From positions 992,001 to 1,056,000 of the forward strand of contig CAWCAG010000007.1 of NCBI GenBank assembly GCA_963793425.1: a DNA stretch of 64,000 nucleotides, written 5' to 3'. Position 1 is the first letter of the stretch. Each line of letters begins with the position of its first letter. The position numbers and the translations under genes were made by a program. A model generated the notes under the pieces. That model saw nothing but the letters and a program-made list of their open reading frames with translations, did not search any database and had not been told where the DNA came from. This document shows, one piece after another, positions 40,151 to 50,889 of the stretch. This DNA is from an uncultured cyanobacterium (lineage in GTDB: Bacteria; Cyanobacteriota; Cyanobacteriia; Cyanobacteriales; CAWCAG01).

Positions 40151-40747
40151 CTAATTTGGTCTTTCACTAATCACCCGGTCAATTATGCCGTACTCTTTAG
40201 ACTCTTCTGCTGACATAAAGAAGTCTCGATCAACATCCTTCTCTATTTTCTCCACAGCTTGACCAGTACGATCAGCATACATTTGGTTAAGTTGTCGGCG
40301 CATACGGATAATTTCTCTGGCTTCAATTTCGATATCCGTTGCTTGACCCCTTGCCCCACCAGAAGGTTGGTGAATCATAATGCGGGAATGTGGTAAAGCT
40401 AAGCGCTTTCCTTTGGTTCCAGCAGCAAGAAGGAAAGAACCCATAGATGCAGCCAAACCGACACAAATGGTCACAACATCAGATTTAATATGTTGCATAG
40501 TATCGTAGATACCCAAGCCCGCCGTAACGCTTCCCCCAGGGGAGTTGATGTAAAGATAAATATCCTTACCAGGATCATCGGAATCCAAATAAAGCATCAC
40601 AGCAATAATCTGATTAGCTAACTCATCATCAACTTCTTTACCGAGGAAGATAATACGCTCTCGATAGAGACGATTATAGATATCAATCCATTGAGTATAT
40701 TGTTCCCCTGGCATTCTATAAGGAACTTTAGGGACACCAATCGGCAT
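40151..40747 (-). CDS. clpP: ATP-dependent Clp protease proteolytic subunit (ClpP3-type)
   Basis: [27 protein letters not shown] (catalytic Ser), RIMIHQP. Confidence 0.95.
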   Translation of the reverse strand: MPIGVPKVPYRMPGEQYTQWIDIYNRLYRERIIFLGKEVDDELANQIIAVMLYLDSDDPGKDIYLYINSPGGSVTAGLGIYDTMQHIKSDVVTICVGLAASMGSFLLAAGTKGKRLALPHSRIMIHQPSGGARGQATDIEIEAREIIRMRRQLNQMYADRTGQAVEKIEKDVDRDFFMSAEESKEYGIIDRVISERPN

Positions 40748-40790
40748 AATTTGCTCCGTTGTTTTTAGTTATTTAAGACAGTATTTTTTT

Positions 40791-41468
40791 TTAGATAGAA
40801 CCAGAAGGAATCGGAATTTGCGCTCCTTCAGAAGCTTCCAAAACCCGATCTATTAAGCCATACTCCACTGCTTCAGCAGGAGTTAAATAGAAGGTTCTGT
40901 CCATATCTTTGACCAGTTTTTCTGGCTCTTGACCTGTGTTTTTGGCCAAAATATCAATGGTGGTTTTTTTATTAGCAATGACCTCGCGGGCGCGAATTTG
41001 AATATCTGTCGCTTGCCCTTGGGCATAGCTCCTTGGTTGATTCAAAATAATTGAAGCGTGGGGTAAACTCGCTCGACAACCTTTTGTTCCCGAAGACAGT
41101 AACATCGCTGCCATACCCATAGCCATACCTAAGCAAATGGTATGCACAGGAGGCTTAATGTAATTAATAGTATCGCAAATGGCAAAAGCTTCTGTATCAA
41201 AGCCTATAGGCTCACCATCATAGTAAGACGTACCTGTGGAGTTGATGTAAATTTTGATTGGTTTATCGGGGTCGTCGTACTGCAAATACAGTAGTTCTGC
41301 CACAATTAATTCTGTTACCTGGGGAACTAAAGGCATACCCAAATAAACAATCCTCTCTTTTAATAACAAGGAGGGCAAATCTGGGGGAGGAGTTCTGTAG
41401 GATGCACCCCCACCATAGGGAGCTTGAACAGCTTGAATCTGTGATTTCATGGGGTTGTCAGGGGTCAT
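40791..41468 (-). CDS. clpR: Non-catalytic Clp protease subunit
   Basis: RTPPPDLPSLLLKERIVYLG; catalytic Ser and His absent (AMGMAA, ILNQP); directly upstream of clpP. Confidence 0.9.
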   Translation of the reverse strand: MTPDNPMKSQIQAVQAPYGGGASYRTPPPDLPSLLLKERIVYLGMPLVPQVTELIVAELLYLQYDDPDKPIKIYINSTGTSYYDGEPIGFDTEAFAICDTINYIKPPVHTICLGMAMGMAAMLLSSGTKGCRASLPHASIILNQPRSYAQGQATDIQIRAREVIANKKTTIDILAKNTGQEPEKLVKDMDRTFYLTPAEAVEYGLIDRVLEASEGAQIPIPSGSI

Positions 41469-41656
41469 TGGTAATTGGCCATGGAATTTAGAGGTTTACA
41501 GGCATTTTTGCTGTAGCCGTTAGGAGAGGTTGTGAGGTTATGAAAAACTTTAACCTGCAACCATCAGCACCACGGACACGCCTTATTTATAAGGCTATTA
41601 CCCTTAGATTCTAGCTTATTGCCTACAATTACCTGTGGTTGTCAAAGATGCCTTAG

Positions 41657-41938
41657 GGGGAGGAAATTACACCAAGCTTAATTAATCGTCAAGAAGGAAA
41701 AGCAGAATATATCCGAGAGGACTTAGGAAACGGAGTCAGCTTGAAAATGGTAAAAATTCCTGGGGGAACTTTTCTTATGGGTTCCCCTAATGATGAAGAA
41801 GGGATATCTGATAGCGAAGGGCCGCAACATGAAGTAAATGTTCCTTCCTTTTATATGGGCAAGTATGCTATCACCCAAGCCCAATGGCAAGTAATCATGG
41901 GTAACAATCCTGCTAAATTTTTATCCGTAGCGGCTTGA
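41657..41938 (+). pseudogene. Fragment of a formylglycine-generating-enzyme (FGE-sulfatase) domain protein
   Basis: EDLGNGVSLKMVKIPGGTFLMGSP..E.PQHEV....FYMGKYAITQAQWQVIMGNNP, then an abrupt stop. Confidence 0.8.
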
Positions 41939-42070
41939 AGTTCTCAGATTCATGAATTACATTTTGATAGCTCAGAAACAAATTTGTCTGAGCAAGGATA
42001 GCTATCAATTGGCAATAATTGTCATAATCTGCCATGATTGGGGTTAGAAACACTTTCATCAGAAATATCC

Positions 42071-42385
42071 ATGACTACCATGACTAGTATCAATATTTCT
42101 CTGCCTGAATCCTTAAAAATCTACGTAGAAGAACAAGTAAGCAATGCTGGTTATGGTACTGTCAGCGAGTATTTACGAGAATTAATTCGTCAAGACAAAA
42201 AACGCAAAGCCCAAGAGCGTTTAGAAACCCTTTTACTAGAAAGCTTGGATACCGGTGTAGCAACACCAATGACAGCTCAAGATTGGCAATCTATCCGCGA
42301 AGCTGTTCGTGAAAAGGCTATTCAACACACACTAGAAGTTGGTAAGGTACAGAGCAACAATCAAGACCAAGATAAACAAGGCTAG
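42071..42385 (+). CDS. ParD-like (CC2985-family) RHH antitoxin, orphan
   Basis: INISLPESLKIYVEEQV..GYGTVSEYLRELIRQD..MTAQDWQSIR. Confidence 0.8.
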   Translation: MTTMTSINISLPESLKIYVEEQVSNAGYGTVSEYLRELIRQDKKRKAQERLETLLLESLDTGVATPMTAQDWQSIREAVREKAIQHTLEVGKVQSNNQDQDKQG

Positions 42386-42396
42386 AGCTAACAAAG

Positions 42397-42420
42397 AAAC
42401 CTAGCTATATAGCTAGGTTT
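42397..42420. terminator. Perfect 24-bp palindrome between convergent genes
   Basis: AAACCTAGCTATATAGCTAGGTTT. Confidence 0.55.
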
Positions 42421-42444
42421 GGAAGCGATTTGAAAACTTTAGTA

Positions 42445-43296
42445 TTACAACAAAGAGTTAACTAAATTCTTGTAACTAGGGCTATCTAAACCAAAACCTT
42501 GATAACCTGTTCCTTGAGGAATCATTTGCTCTAATCTGGTTACTCGTTCTGCTGTATGGGGGTGAGTGCTAAGAAATTCTGGAGGAGCGCCGGAACTTTT
42601 TTGTTGGAGTTTTTTCATAAAGGTTACAGCACCAATGGGGGCATAACCTGTTTTTACTAAACTATTTAAGCCTAGTTCATCGGCTTCTAATTCATCGGAG
42701 CGACTATTAGGCAAACTCAGAGCAAGCTGTACCCCAATTTGGACAGCTTGAGAGCGGTCTAATCCCGCCGCAGAAAGGATACCTTGTTGAATAGCTGACT
42801 CTTTCATTTGATTAACGGCGTGACGGGCTGTTACATGGGCAATTTCGTGGGCCATAACACTGGCTAATTCTGCTTCATTGTCCGCAGCATTAATTAACCC
42901 TGTGTGTACATAAGCAAACCCTCCCATGGTCGCAAAGGCGTTAATACTTTTATCTTCAACTACCTGGAAAGTATAGGGAATGTCAGTACGAGTACTATTA
43001 GCTGCTAAATTCTGACCAATTTCGTTAATATAGCTAGTTAACTGCTTGTTGCGAGAAATAGGAACTTGGCGACTAATTTGTTGGTTGATCCGTTTGCCTA
43101 AGTCAACTTCTTGGTTATTTGATATGTTTGAGAGCTGAATAATTTGAATGCCCCGCAAAAGTAACTCTAACCAAGAAGCAGAGTAACCGGGTTGGGGAGT
43201 TGCTACAGAAAAACTGAATGCGGAAATTACGGCAACAAGCCCATATAACCAACGACGGCGGGAACGCCAAAAAGGAGAGAAAATTTGCTCTAACAT
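42445..43296 (-). CDS. M48 family metalloprotease
   Basis: INAFATMGG, ELASVMAHEIAH, SRSDELEAD, LSTHP. Confidence 0.92.
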   Translation of the reverse strand: MLEQIFSPFWRSRRRWLYGLVAVISAFSFSVATPQPGYSASWLELLLRGIQIIQLSNISNNQEVDLGKRINQQISRQVPISRNKQLTSYINEIGQNLAANSTRTDIPYTFQVVEDKSINAFATMGGFAYVHTGLINAADNEAELASVMAHEIAHVTARHAVNQMKESAIQQGILSAAGLDRSQAVQIGVQLALSLPNSRSDELEADELGLNSLVKTGYAPIGAVTFMKKLQQKSSGAPPEFLSTHPHTAERVTRLEQMIPQGTGYQGFGLDSPSYKNLVNSLL

Positions 43297-43530
43297 TACT
43301 AAAATTGAGGTGAGTGAGGAATATAGATATAGATATAAAGTAGCCCTAGAGCTAGTTGACGAGATTGGAAAGCTAAAAGTTGCTGAGGAACTTCAATGGT
43401 AGATACAATAAATAACTTGAAATTTACTGAAGGGGGTAATTACTGGAATTTCAGTATATCTGTTTTTTCTTACTAAGGCCATAACCCAAATAATTCCTGG
43501 AATAATAAAAAACAAATAGAACATTGATTA

Positions 43531-43573
43531 ATGATCATTGATCATTGATCATTGATCATTGACCCTTGATCAC
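43531..43573. repeat. Short tandem heptamer repeat (TGATCAT)n
   Basis: Tandem 7-mers visible. Confidence 0.8.
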
Positions 43574-43590
43574 TGAGTTATTGGTAAGGT

Positions 43591-44127
43591 ATGAAAATTC
43601 TAGATTCTCAAGGTCGTTTGTTTGGCAAAATTAGCATTATAGATTTAGGTGCTGCTTTAGTTATTCTTGCCGTTATTATTGGTATATTTATCTTTCCGGG
43701 AACTTCAGGCTCTATAGCTCAGGTCACTAAAACCCAGCCAGTAGAAGTTGATGTGGTTGTTAGAGGACTAAGCGTTGCTAAACCAGAAGAACTCCTCGAA
43801 CAATTTAGCGAAGAGAAAACAACTAAGCTATCTATTCGCAACGAAGCCTATGGTGATCCCTTGGAGATTAAATCTGTTGAAGAGCTAGAAAGGTTGGTTG
43901 TTGTACCTCAACCAGATGGCTCTGTTAAGGCTCTACCTGATCCTCGTAAACAAGAAGATGCTCTCAATGTAGATTTGTTAATGACTTTGGGCGGTGAAGG
44001 ACAAATTACGGAAACAGGAGTTGTTTTGGGGCAAAACAAAATTAAAATTGGCACAACTGTGGAACTAGAAGGGAATAATTATAACTTTAACGCCAGCGTT
44101 ATTGATGTCAGGGTGGAAGAAGAGTAA
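43591..44127 (+). CDS. DUF4330-family protein
   Basis: MKILDSQGRLFGKISIIDLGA, VPQPDGSVKALPDP. Confidence 0.8.
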   Translation: MKILDSQGRLFGKISIIDLGAALVILAVIIGIFIFPGTSGSIAQVTKTQPVEVDVVVRGLSVAKPEELLEQFSEEKTTKLSIRNEAYGDPLEIKSVEELERLVVVPQPDGSVKALPDPRKQEDALNVDLLMTLGGEGQITETGVVLGQNKIKIGTTVELEGNNYNFNASVIDVRVEEE

Positions 44128-44150
44128 ATCAAAATCCTGTTAGGTGAGCT

Positions 44151-44184
44151 GGGGAGCTAGGGAGCTAGGGAGCTAGGGAGCTAG
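44151..44184. repeat. Tandem octamer repeat (GGGAGCTA)n
   Basis: Tandem 8-mers visible. Confidence 0.8.
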
Positions 44185-44210
44185 AATATTTAACAACTAG
44201 CCATTAGCCG

Positions 44211-45602
44211 TTAGCCATTAGCATCTTGCTTTTGGAGCTTTCTTAGCCAATCTTCCTTAAATTTCTCGACTACTTTGTTTAAACCGACGGAATTAGAAGC
44301 TTTAAAAAGGAGGCGATCCCCTGGTTGAATTAGTTGTTGTAAGGCTTCGTTTAATTCTTGGTGGGTAGTGAAGCACTGGGTGGGGATATTTTGCACTCCC
44401 TCTGCGATCGCCTGGGCTTCTGGATCATCTTTTAAGATTAATAAGTAATCTAAAGCCAACTCTTGCACCTTTAGACCCACTTTTTGGTGTAGTTGAGAAG
44501 ATTGTTCTCCTAACTCCTTCATTGTCCCTAATATCGCTATCTGACGCTTGCCTGGAGTTTCTTTGAGCAGATGCAAAGCTGCGATCATTGATTCTGTACC
44601 TGCGTTGTATGTCTCGTCTAAAATAACTACATCTTGGGGAAGTTCATAACGTTGCGCCCTGCCTTGAGGGAGATTGACTGTCAAACTTTGGGCAAAAGAA
44701 GACCAATCAATATTTAAGATTTTGGCTACAGCTAAAGCAGCTAGGTAATTGAGGGCATTATGACGACCGCTTAAAGGTAAAGGTAACTCCATTCCATCTA
44801 CTAACATGGTTTGGGGGTTGAGTAACTTCCCTTGAATATCTCCCCCTGTCAAACCAAAAGTAATAGTTTCTCCTTGCCAAACCTGAGAGGCCGTATCCAT
44901 TAAAAGCTGGTTATCATAATTAAGAACCGCAACACTCGTATTTGGCATCTCGGCTAATAATTCACATTTAGCTTGGGCGATCGCAGCTTTAGAACCTAAA
45001 AGTCCGATGTGTGCCGTACCTACATTAGTTATCACTCCAATGGTAGGATGAGCCGTTTGGGTTAATTCAGCAATTTGCCCTAAACCTCGCATTGCCATTT
45101 CAATAACAGCAAACCTGTCTTCCCCAGCCAACTCTAGTAGGGTTTTTGGTACACCGATTTCGTTGTTATAGTTTGCTTGGGATTTTAGCACCTGTCCTTG
45201 GGTAGATAAAATTGCTGCGATAAGTTCTTTTGTAGTTGTTTTGCCTACTGAACCAGTAATACCAACCACCGGAATATCGAAACGATCCCGCCATACCCTA
45301 GCAATTTTTTGATATGTAGCTAAAGTATCTTCGACATAAAATAGAGGTACTTTAGCACTCAGTTCTAAAGCACAATTCTGATTAAGAATTAAAGCCCTTG
45401 CCCCTTTGTGTAAAGCCGTTTTAACAAAGCTATGACCATCAAAGTTCTCTCCTTTTAAAGCCAAAAATACTTCCCCTGATTTTAAGGTGCGAGTATCTGT
45501 GGTGATGCCAAGAACTTTTTGAGTTGAATTTGCTGGGGAAAAATTTAAAACCTCTGAGGCAAGAATATTGTTGAGTTCAGCAAGAGATAATTGACAAGAC
45601 AT
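44211..45602 (-). CDS. murF: UDP-N-acetylmuramoyl-tripeptide--D-alanyl-D-alanine ligase
   Basis: GENFDGH, GITGSVGKTTTKE, NYNNEIGVP, DETYNA, KASNSVGL. Confidence 0.95.
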   Translation of the reverse strand: MSCQLSLAELNNILASEVLNFSPANSTQKVLGITTDTRTLKSGEVFLALKGENFDGHSFVKTALHKGARALILNQNCALELSAKVPLFYVEDTLATYQKIARVWRDRFDIPVVGITGSVGKTTTKELIAAILSTQGQVLKSQANYNNEIGVPKTLLELAGEDRFAVIEMAMRGLGQIAELTQTAHPTIGVITNVGTAHIGLLGSKAAIAQAKCELLAEMPNTSVAVLNYDNQLLMDTASQVWQGETITFGLTGGDIQGKLLNPQTMLVDGMELPLPLSGRHNALNYLAALAVAKILNIDWSSFAQSLTVNLPQGRAQRYELPQDVVILDETYNAGTESMIAALHLLKETPGKRQIAILGTMKELGEQSSQLHQKVGLKVQELALDYLLILKDDPEAQAIAEGVQNIPTQCFTTHQELNEALQQLIQPGDRLLFKASNSVGLNKVVEKFKEDWLRKLQKQDANG

Positions 45603-45928
45603 AAAACATCAGGAAAATGAAATTAAGAGTTAAGCTAGTAGAAACAAATTGATTTTGCCAACAGCATAATGGCTGAATTTAGCCTACGCCATTTGGCTTA
45701 ACTGAAACTTCATAATTACTTAGTGTATACACTAAGCTCATAAAGTTTCTATCAAGATATACTGAAGGCGCGGTTATTCTAAGTTAAGTTTGGGCAGATT
45801 AGCAATTTTTTGCTGATCACTAAAAAAGCCCAAGGTCAACATCTCTAAAAATTTGCTATTGCTTAAAAAAGAAATTAATTGCACTGAACTTAACCTGTAG
45901 CGCAGTTTTTACCAGCAAAAAGGAACGT

Positions 45929-47236
45929 TTGCCTCCAGGAGCGACGATTATAGTGACGCTATTGACAGACTCTCATTTACCAGAAACTAACCCTGAAGAA
46001 CAACAAATTTACGACCATCTGCTCAACTGTGTTAAGGAGGAATCCCCCAGTGAGATCGTCGAGCGTTTCCGGCTTTTATTTATTGAAGCGACAGGCTATC
46101 CTGATGCGAAAGTTAGAGATGCCATAGCTAAAATTGTCAACGCTAAATATGCAGAAAAAAAGTTTAAATATATTCTTAACCGCTGTTGCCATATCGTTAT
46201 TAATCGTTGGCAAATAGAAGCTGAACAAGAAGCTATTTCTGAATTATTACACCTTTTAGAAAATGCTTCTGCCCCCAAAAGTGCTTACTCCCGTACTGCC
46301 AGACGTATGTACACCCTGGTTAAGGGTTTCCTGGAGACAGATCAGTATACAACTCTACATCGTTTAGCTAACGTCGTAGGCAAAAAACTCGAAATTACGG
46401 TAGGCAAACCCCATCCCGTCGGTCACTTAATCAATCGCTATCCTTACCTTTATAAACATTGTTTGCTAAGCGAAGATAGTAGTTACGAACATCAACAAAC
46501 TGTGATGAGTATCCAGGCTAGCAAGCAAAAAAACTTTGAGTTTAGCCTTTCTCAATATGTTACTTATCAACTTCGGTTGGCTCAAATGGCGCGGATGGGG
46601 CAGTTAAATAAAGGAGCTAAACCCAATATTCAACCTGTCAGGAATCCAACCTTATTAACAGAGCAAGAATTAGCCATTGCTTTGAAGCATTTTGTCGGTA
46701 AAGTTCAAGGTGACTATACCTACAGAGATTTAGCCCACAGCTTCATGAAGCATACTAAGGATGCACGCTCCTATCGAGATTTTAAGGATAATTTATATGA
46801 GTATTTGACTTTTCCTATCAATCCCAGATATGGAAATACTCAATTCAATGAGAGATTATACAAGCAATTACAAAGCACTTTGCCTCATTCTGACTTCCAA
46901 AAACCCAATGAGTCATTAATTTTGCGAACTTCTACTCAGTTGCTAAATTTTTTGATTGTAGAGAGTGCCTATCAACCTAATCACTACGTTTTCGTGGATC
47001 TAATCAGTAATCTGGGTGCAACTCCTACAGTAGCGCTGTTGTTGAAAATCACTTTAGCTTGCCATAAAGTTAGACCTCATTTAGAAAAACGCTTTTCTAT
47101 TCTTTTCAATCACTACGAATCTTCTAACAAAGATGGTGTTCCTTGGTTGATTCAATCTTTAGAAAACGTCAACATCGCTTTCAGCATCCATTTTGGGGCG
47201 GTAGATTTATCCTGCTTGAAGCAGCTTATGAAGTGA
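45929..47236 (+). CDS. Conserved cyanobacterial hypothetical protein
   Basis: 435-aa ORF; EQQIYDHLL, ILNRCCHIVINRW, LINRYPYLY; start codon uncertain. Confidence 0.75.
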   Translation: MPPGATIIVTLLTDSHLPETNPEEQQIYDHLLNCVKEESPSEIVERFRLLFIEATGYPDAKVRDAIAKIVNAKYAEKKFKYILNRCCHIVINRWQIEAEQEAISELLHLLENASAPKSAYSRTARRMYTLVKGFLETDQYTTLHRLANVVGKKLEITVGKPHPVGHLINRYPYLYKHCLLSEDSSYEHQQTVMSIQASKQKNFEFSLSQYVTYQLRLAQMARMGQLNKGAKPNIQPVRNPTLLTEQELAIALKHFVGKVQGDYTYRDLAHSFMKHTKDARSYRDFKDNLYEYLTFPINPRYGNTQFNERLYKQLQSTLPHSDFQKPNESLILRTSTQLLNFLIVESAYQPNHYVFVDLISNLGATPTVALLLKITLACHKVRPHLEKRFSILFNHYESSNKDGVPWLIQSLENVNIAFSIHFGAVDLSCLKQLMK

Positions 47237-47314
47237 TTTTGCTAATTGCTAATTGCTAATTGCTAGTCGTATTAACAACTGCTTGACTTGCCATTATCTT
47301 TAAGGCCTCATTGT

Positions 47315-47878
47315 TCATTGATTATCTTTCCATTCTGACAAATCTCTCTCTACTGCATACTGAAAATTAATTGGCACTAAAATTACTTCAGATTCCTTTC
47401 CTGGGTTATCAGAAGGATCTGCTTGGGCGTAGATTAACTTTCCTCCCGTAGCAGATTGCCCCAGAAATAATTGATGCTTTTCCTCACTTTCCAAAGTCAC
47501 ACTAATTTTAGAAATAGGTTCGTCTAAGCCATAATTTTTCAATTGCTGCACTGGGACAGAAAAAGTGCGATCGCGTTCCTCTTCTGCCAAGGCATCTAAC
47601 AAAAAAGCGACCACAGCACTGTTAGCGGGTGCATCTTCCGGTTGCTTCATCTGCCAAGGGGTTATTACTTGATTAGTACGTGCAAATTTTAGAGTTTGGT
47701 CAGGGAGTTCTATAGTTAAGGATTTTACCTCTTCTTCTGTGAAAGTGAAAATTTGCTTCTTCTGCTCCTCACTAGCTTCTTGTCGCGGTACAAATTGACT
47801 CTCATAAAAATAGACACCAAGCCCCAAAACTCCAGCCAAACTGAGCAAAATCCAAGTCTTACGGTTTAATTGCATCAC
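47315..47878 (-). CDS. DUF4340-domain protein
   Basis: N-terminal TM, WQMKQP..A..AVVAFLL, YGLDEP. Confidence 0.75.
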   Translation of the reverse strand: MMQLNRKTWILLSLAGVLGLGVYFYESQFVPRQEASEEQKKQIFTFTEEEVKSLTIELPDQTLKFARTNQVITPWQMKQPEDAPANSAVVAFLLDALAEEERDRTFSVPVQQLKNYGLDEPISKISVTLESEEKHQLFLGQSATGGKLIYAQADPSDNPGKESEVILVPINFQYAVERDLSEWKDNQ

Positions 47879-47934
47879 TCTCCCTTACTCCCTACTCCCT
47901 TCCTCCACAGATAACCTTTGCCACTAAAAAAGTA

Positions 47935-49281
47935 CTACTCCATCATATGCTTCTGCACAAAATCTGTATAAACCTCCCCAGCCAAAAACTCTGGTGTTTC
48001 CAAGATCCTTTGATGAAAACCAATAGTAGTGGGAACTCCTGTGATAGCACATTCCCGTAATGCTCTTTTCATCCGCTTAATAGCAGCATTGCGATCTTCT
48101 CCCCAAACAATGAGTTTGCCAATCAGAGAGTCATAATAAGGGGGAATATGATAATCAGTATAGACATGAGAATCCATACGGACTCCTGGCCCTCCTGGAG
48201 GTAAATAACCGCTAATTTGCCCAGGATGAGGGCGAAAGTTTTGGTCAGGATCTTCAGCGTTAATACGACATTCGATGGCATGGCCTTGAAGATTAACTTG
48301 CTCTTGGGTTAAGCGTAATTTTTCTCCTTGGGCAATACGAATTTGTTCACAGACAAGATCCAACCCGACAATCATTTCTGTTACAGGATGTTCTACTTGA
48401 ATGCGAGTATTCATTTCCATAAAATAAAACCCACCGGAACTATCAAGAAGAAACTCCACTGTACCTGCACCAACATAATTAATGGACTTCGCTGCCATAA
48501 CTGCAGCTTGCCCCATATTTCTTCGCAACTCAGCGCTCAAAACTGTGCTGGGAGCTTCTTCCAACAATTTTTGATTGCGTCTTTGGATAGAGCAATCTCT
48601 TTCTCCTAAATGAATGACATTACCGTAACTATCAGCCAAGATCTGAAACTCTATGTGGCGGGGTTTTTCTATAAACTTTTCCAGATAAACTCCCGGATTC
48701 CCGAAGGCAGCTTCTGCTTCCCCCTGGGCGGCAAAAAACAACTTAACTAGTTCACTTTCTTGCCTGGCAAGGCGCATACCTCGCCCTCCTCCTCCAGCGG
48801 TTGCTTTAATCATCACTGGATAGCCAATTTTACGAGCTACAACTAAAGCTTCTTCCTCATTTCTGAGTAATCCTTTACTGCCGGGGACAGTGGAAACCCC
48901 TGCTTGTTCCATTGTTTTTTTGGCCGTTGATTTATCTCCCATAGCTAGAATTGCTTCTGGAGAAGGGCCGATAAAGGAGATTTGGTGATCAGCACAAATT
49001 TCAGCAAAACGAGCATTTTCTGCTAAAAATCCGTAACCAGGGTGAATTGCTGTAGCATTGCGAGTCAAGGCAGCAGCAATGATGTTAGGAATGTTTAAGT
49101 AACTCTTACCACTAGGAGGCGGGCCAATACAAACACTTTCGTCTGCGAGTTGGACATGGAGAGCCTGGAGGTCGATTGTAGAGTGAACTGCTACCGTAGC
49201 AATTCCCATTTCCTCGCAGCTCCTTAATATCCTTAAGGCAATTTCTCCTCGATTAGCAATCAGTATTTTTGAAAATTGCAT
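47935..49281 (-). CDS. accC: Acetyl-CoA carboxylase biotin carboxylase
   Basis: [45 protein letters not shown]. Confidence 0.97.
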   Translation of the reverse strand: MQFSKILIANRGEIALRILRSCEEMGIATVAVHSTIDLQALHVQLADESVCIGPPPSGKSYLNIPNIIAAALTRNATAIHPGYGFLAENARFAEICADHQISFIGPSPEAILAMGDKSTAKKTMEQAGVSTVPGSKGLLRNEEEALVVARKIGYPVMIKATAGGGGRGMRLARQESELVKLFFAAQGEAEAAFGNPGVYLEKFIEKPRHIEFQILADSYGNVIHLGERDCSIQRRNQKLLEEAPSTVLSAELRRNMGQAAVMAAKSINYVGAGTVEFLLDSSGGFYFMEMNTRIQVEHPVTEMIVGLDLVCEQIRIAQGEKLRLTQEQVNLQGHAIECRINAEDPDQNFRPHPGQISGYLPPGGPGVRMDSHVYTDYHIPPYYDSLIGKLIVWGEDRNAAIKRMKRALRECAITGVPTTIGFHQRILETPEFLAGEVYTDFVQKHMME

Positions 49282-49400
49282 CTTAGGCGCATTTTATTTT
49301 AATTAAGAAGTAGAATAGTTTTTTGCCATGCTACTGGAGAATATTTTGGCAGAAAACGGTCATTGACGGGGTGCATTGCCTATCATACTAAACCCTGTTT

Positions 49401-49460
49401 ACTAGCACAGGTTATTTGTGGGGGTAGGGAGCAGGCAGCAGGCAGCAGGCAGCAGGCAGC
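49401..49460. repeat. (AGCAGGC)n tandem repeat with adjoining dispersed motif
   Basis: Tandem 7-mers at about 49430-49460; ACTAGCACAGGTTATTTGTGGGGG at 49401. Confidence 0.7.
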
Positions 49461-49517
49461 AAGATTACCAAAAAAAGAAGTTTTCCCCAGCTCCCTATTT
49501 CCCTGTCGCAAGCAACT

Positions 49518-50243
49518 TTAACGCTGAGCGCCCACAGAAATGTACCAAATTTTTGAGCCAGGATTGAATTGATTAGATTGACAATAACCAGAATTTGCAA
49601 TTTCGCAACTATTTTGTTGGGGATCACTCCACTGATAAATCCCGGCTGCTTTTTGTTCGTGTGGAGATTTAACCCAAAAACCCATACCACTGTGGGGATT
49701 GCTGGGTTGGTTTTGAAATTGAGCATATTCAACATCGGGAGAAAAGTAAAGTTGTACCCCTCCGTAAGCTTGGGTGGATTCTGCCAAAGAAGTACCAGGT
49801 TTAATGCCTTCGGCAGTACCATAATTTGGGTTATTAGTAATTAAAAACATAATGACGGCTTCATCCTCTGGAAATTCGCCATTATCTGGGCTAGCGATGA
49901 AGTAAAATAAATCTTCAGCGTTTTCAGAAACTGCGATCGCATGGGGTATATCCGGCAAACTAGTTAAACTATAATTTGCCTGGGGATAAAGTTGTTTAAG
50001 TTCCCCTACACTCATCCCCAATCGAGCTTTCCCTATTTGTTGAGGCGTAATCATCTGCTCCTCGTTACTTGTTTGATAATCTTGGGATGCAGTGGTTATG
50101 CTAGCCACTTGACTATCACTTTGGAATGATATTCCCGCCTGAGTTACGGATTCATCCAATTTATCTAGTGTATCTAGTTCAGAGCATCCCGCTACTAACG
50201 GTAAGATGAAGATTAAGTTGAGCAGTCTCCAGGGAAAGATCAT
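49518..50243 (-). CDS. Hypothetical lipoprotein
   Basis: Lipobox LVAGC; ITPQQIGKARLGM..YGTAEGIKPG. Confidence 0.7.
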   Translation of the reverse strand: MIFPWRLLNLIFILPLVAGCSELDTLDKLDESVTQAGISFQSDSQVASITTASQDYQTSNEEQMITPQQIGKARLGMSVGELKQLYPQANYSLTSLPDIPHAIAVSENAEDLFYFIASPDNGEFPEDEAVIMFLITNNPNYGTAEGIKPGTSLAESTQAYGGVQLYFSPDVEYAQFQNQPSNPHSGMGFWVKSPHEQKAAGIYQWSDPQQNSCEIANSGYCQSNQFNPGSKIWYISVGAQR

Positions 50244-50889
50244 CTCTAATTTGCCTTACTCGATATTGATCTATAAGCTTGATTCTTGGGTGAATATAGG
50301 TGTTCAGGATACATTTCCTGACATCTATAAATTCTCCTGGTGCTGATTTAATGTCACTCAACAGTAAGTACAGTATTTCTTACTGCTAAAAGCTTTATTC
50401 CTAACTAATTTTTTTCTAGGTTAAAATTATGAGCAAAGCTACCAATGCAAAATTTGGCTAAGCTAATGATAGAGGAAGGAAGAGACTTCATCATCAAAGA
50501 GTAAATAGCTTCGTTTTTTACTTTTGCTGCTTGACAAAATACTTAGCTGAAGGGAACATTCCAAAAAGTACAAATGGCTAACATTTATGTTTTGCTCATT
50601 TGTGATTGGAATGCAAAAGCAATCAGTAGTTTAGTATTCTAGCAACTTGAGGATGCTCTCTACCTAAATTCCTAAAAGCAGGCATAAATAAGTGAACATT
50701 AAATTTTGTTCTGGTTTGATTATAATCCTATCGAAGCAATAATAAAGCAAGAAGAAATAAATTATAAAATTATTTTTTAAAGATGTCTTTAATATTTCAA
50801 TACTTAAGCACAAATGAAGGGGCTTGGCCCCCTCATATCTACCTATTTAACAAAAATGCTATTGTGGAAATTGAATCAGAAACTTCAGT

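Noticed and set aside
41657..41938. Diversity-generating retroelement
   Set aside because: Only the N-terminal part of the FGE domain is present; no variable region, template repeat or reverse transcriptase in the window
49412..49822. 136-aa ORF
   Set aside because: Alternate frame of the lipoprotein gene; its tail is translated heptamer repeat (LLPAACCLLPAP)
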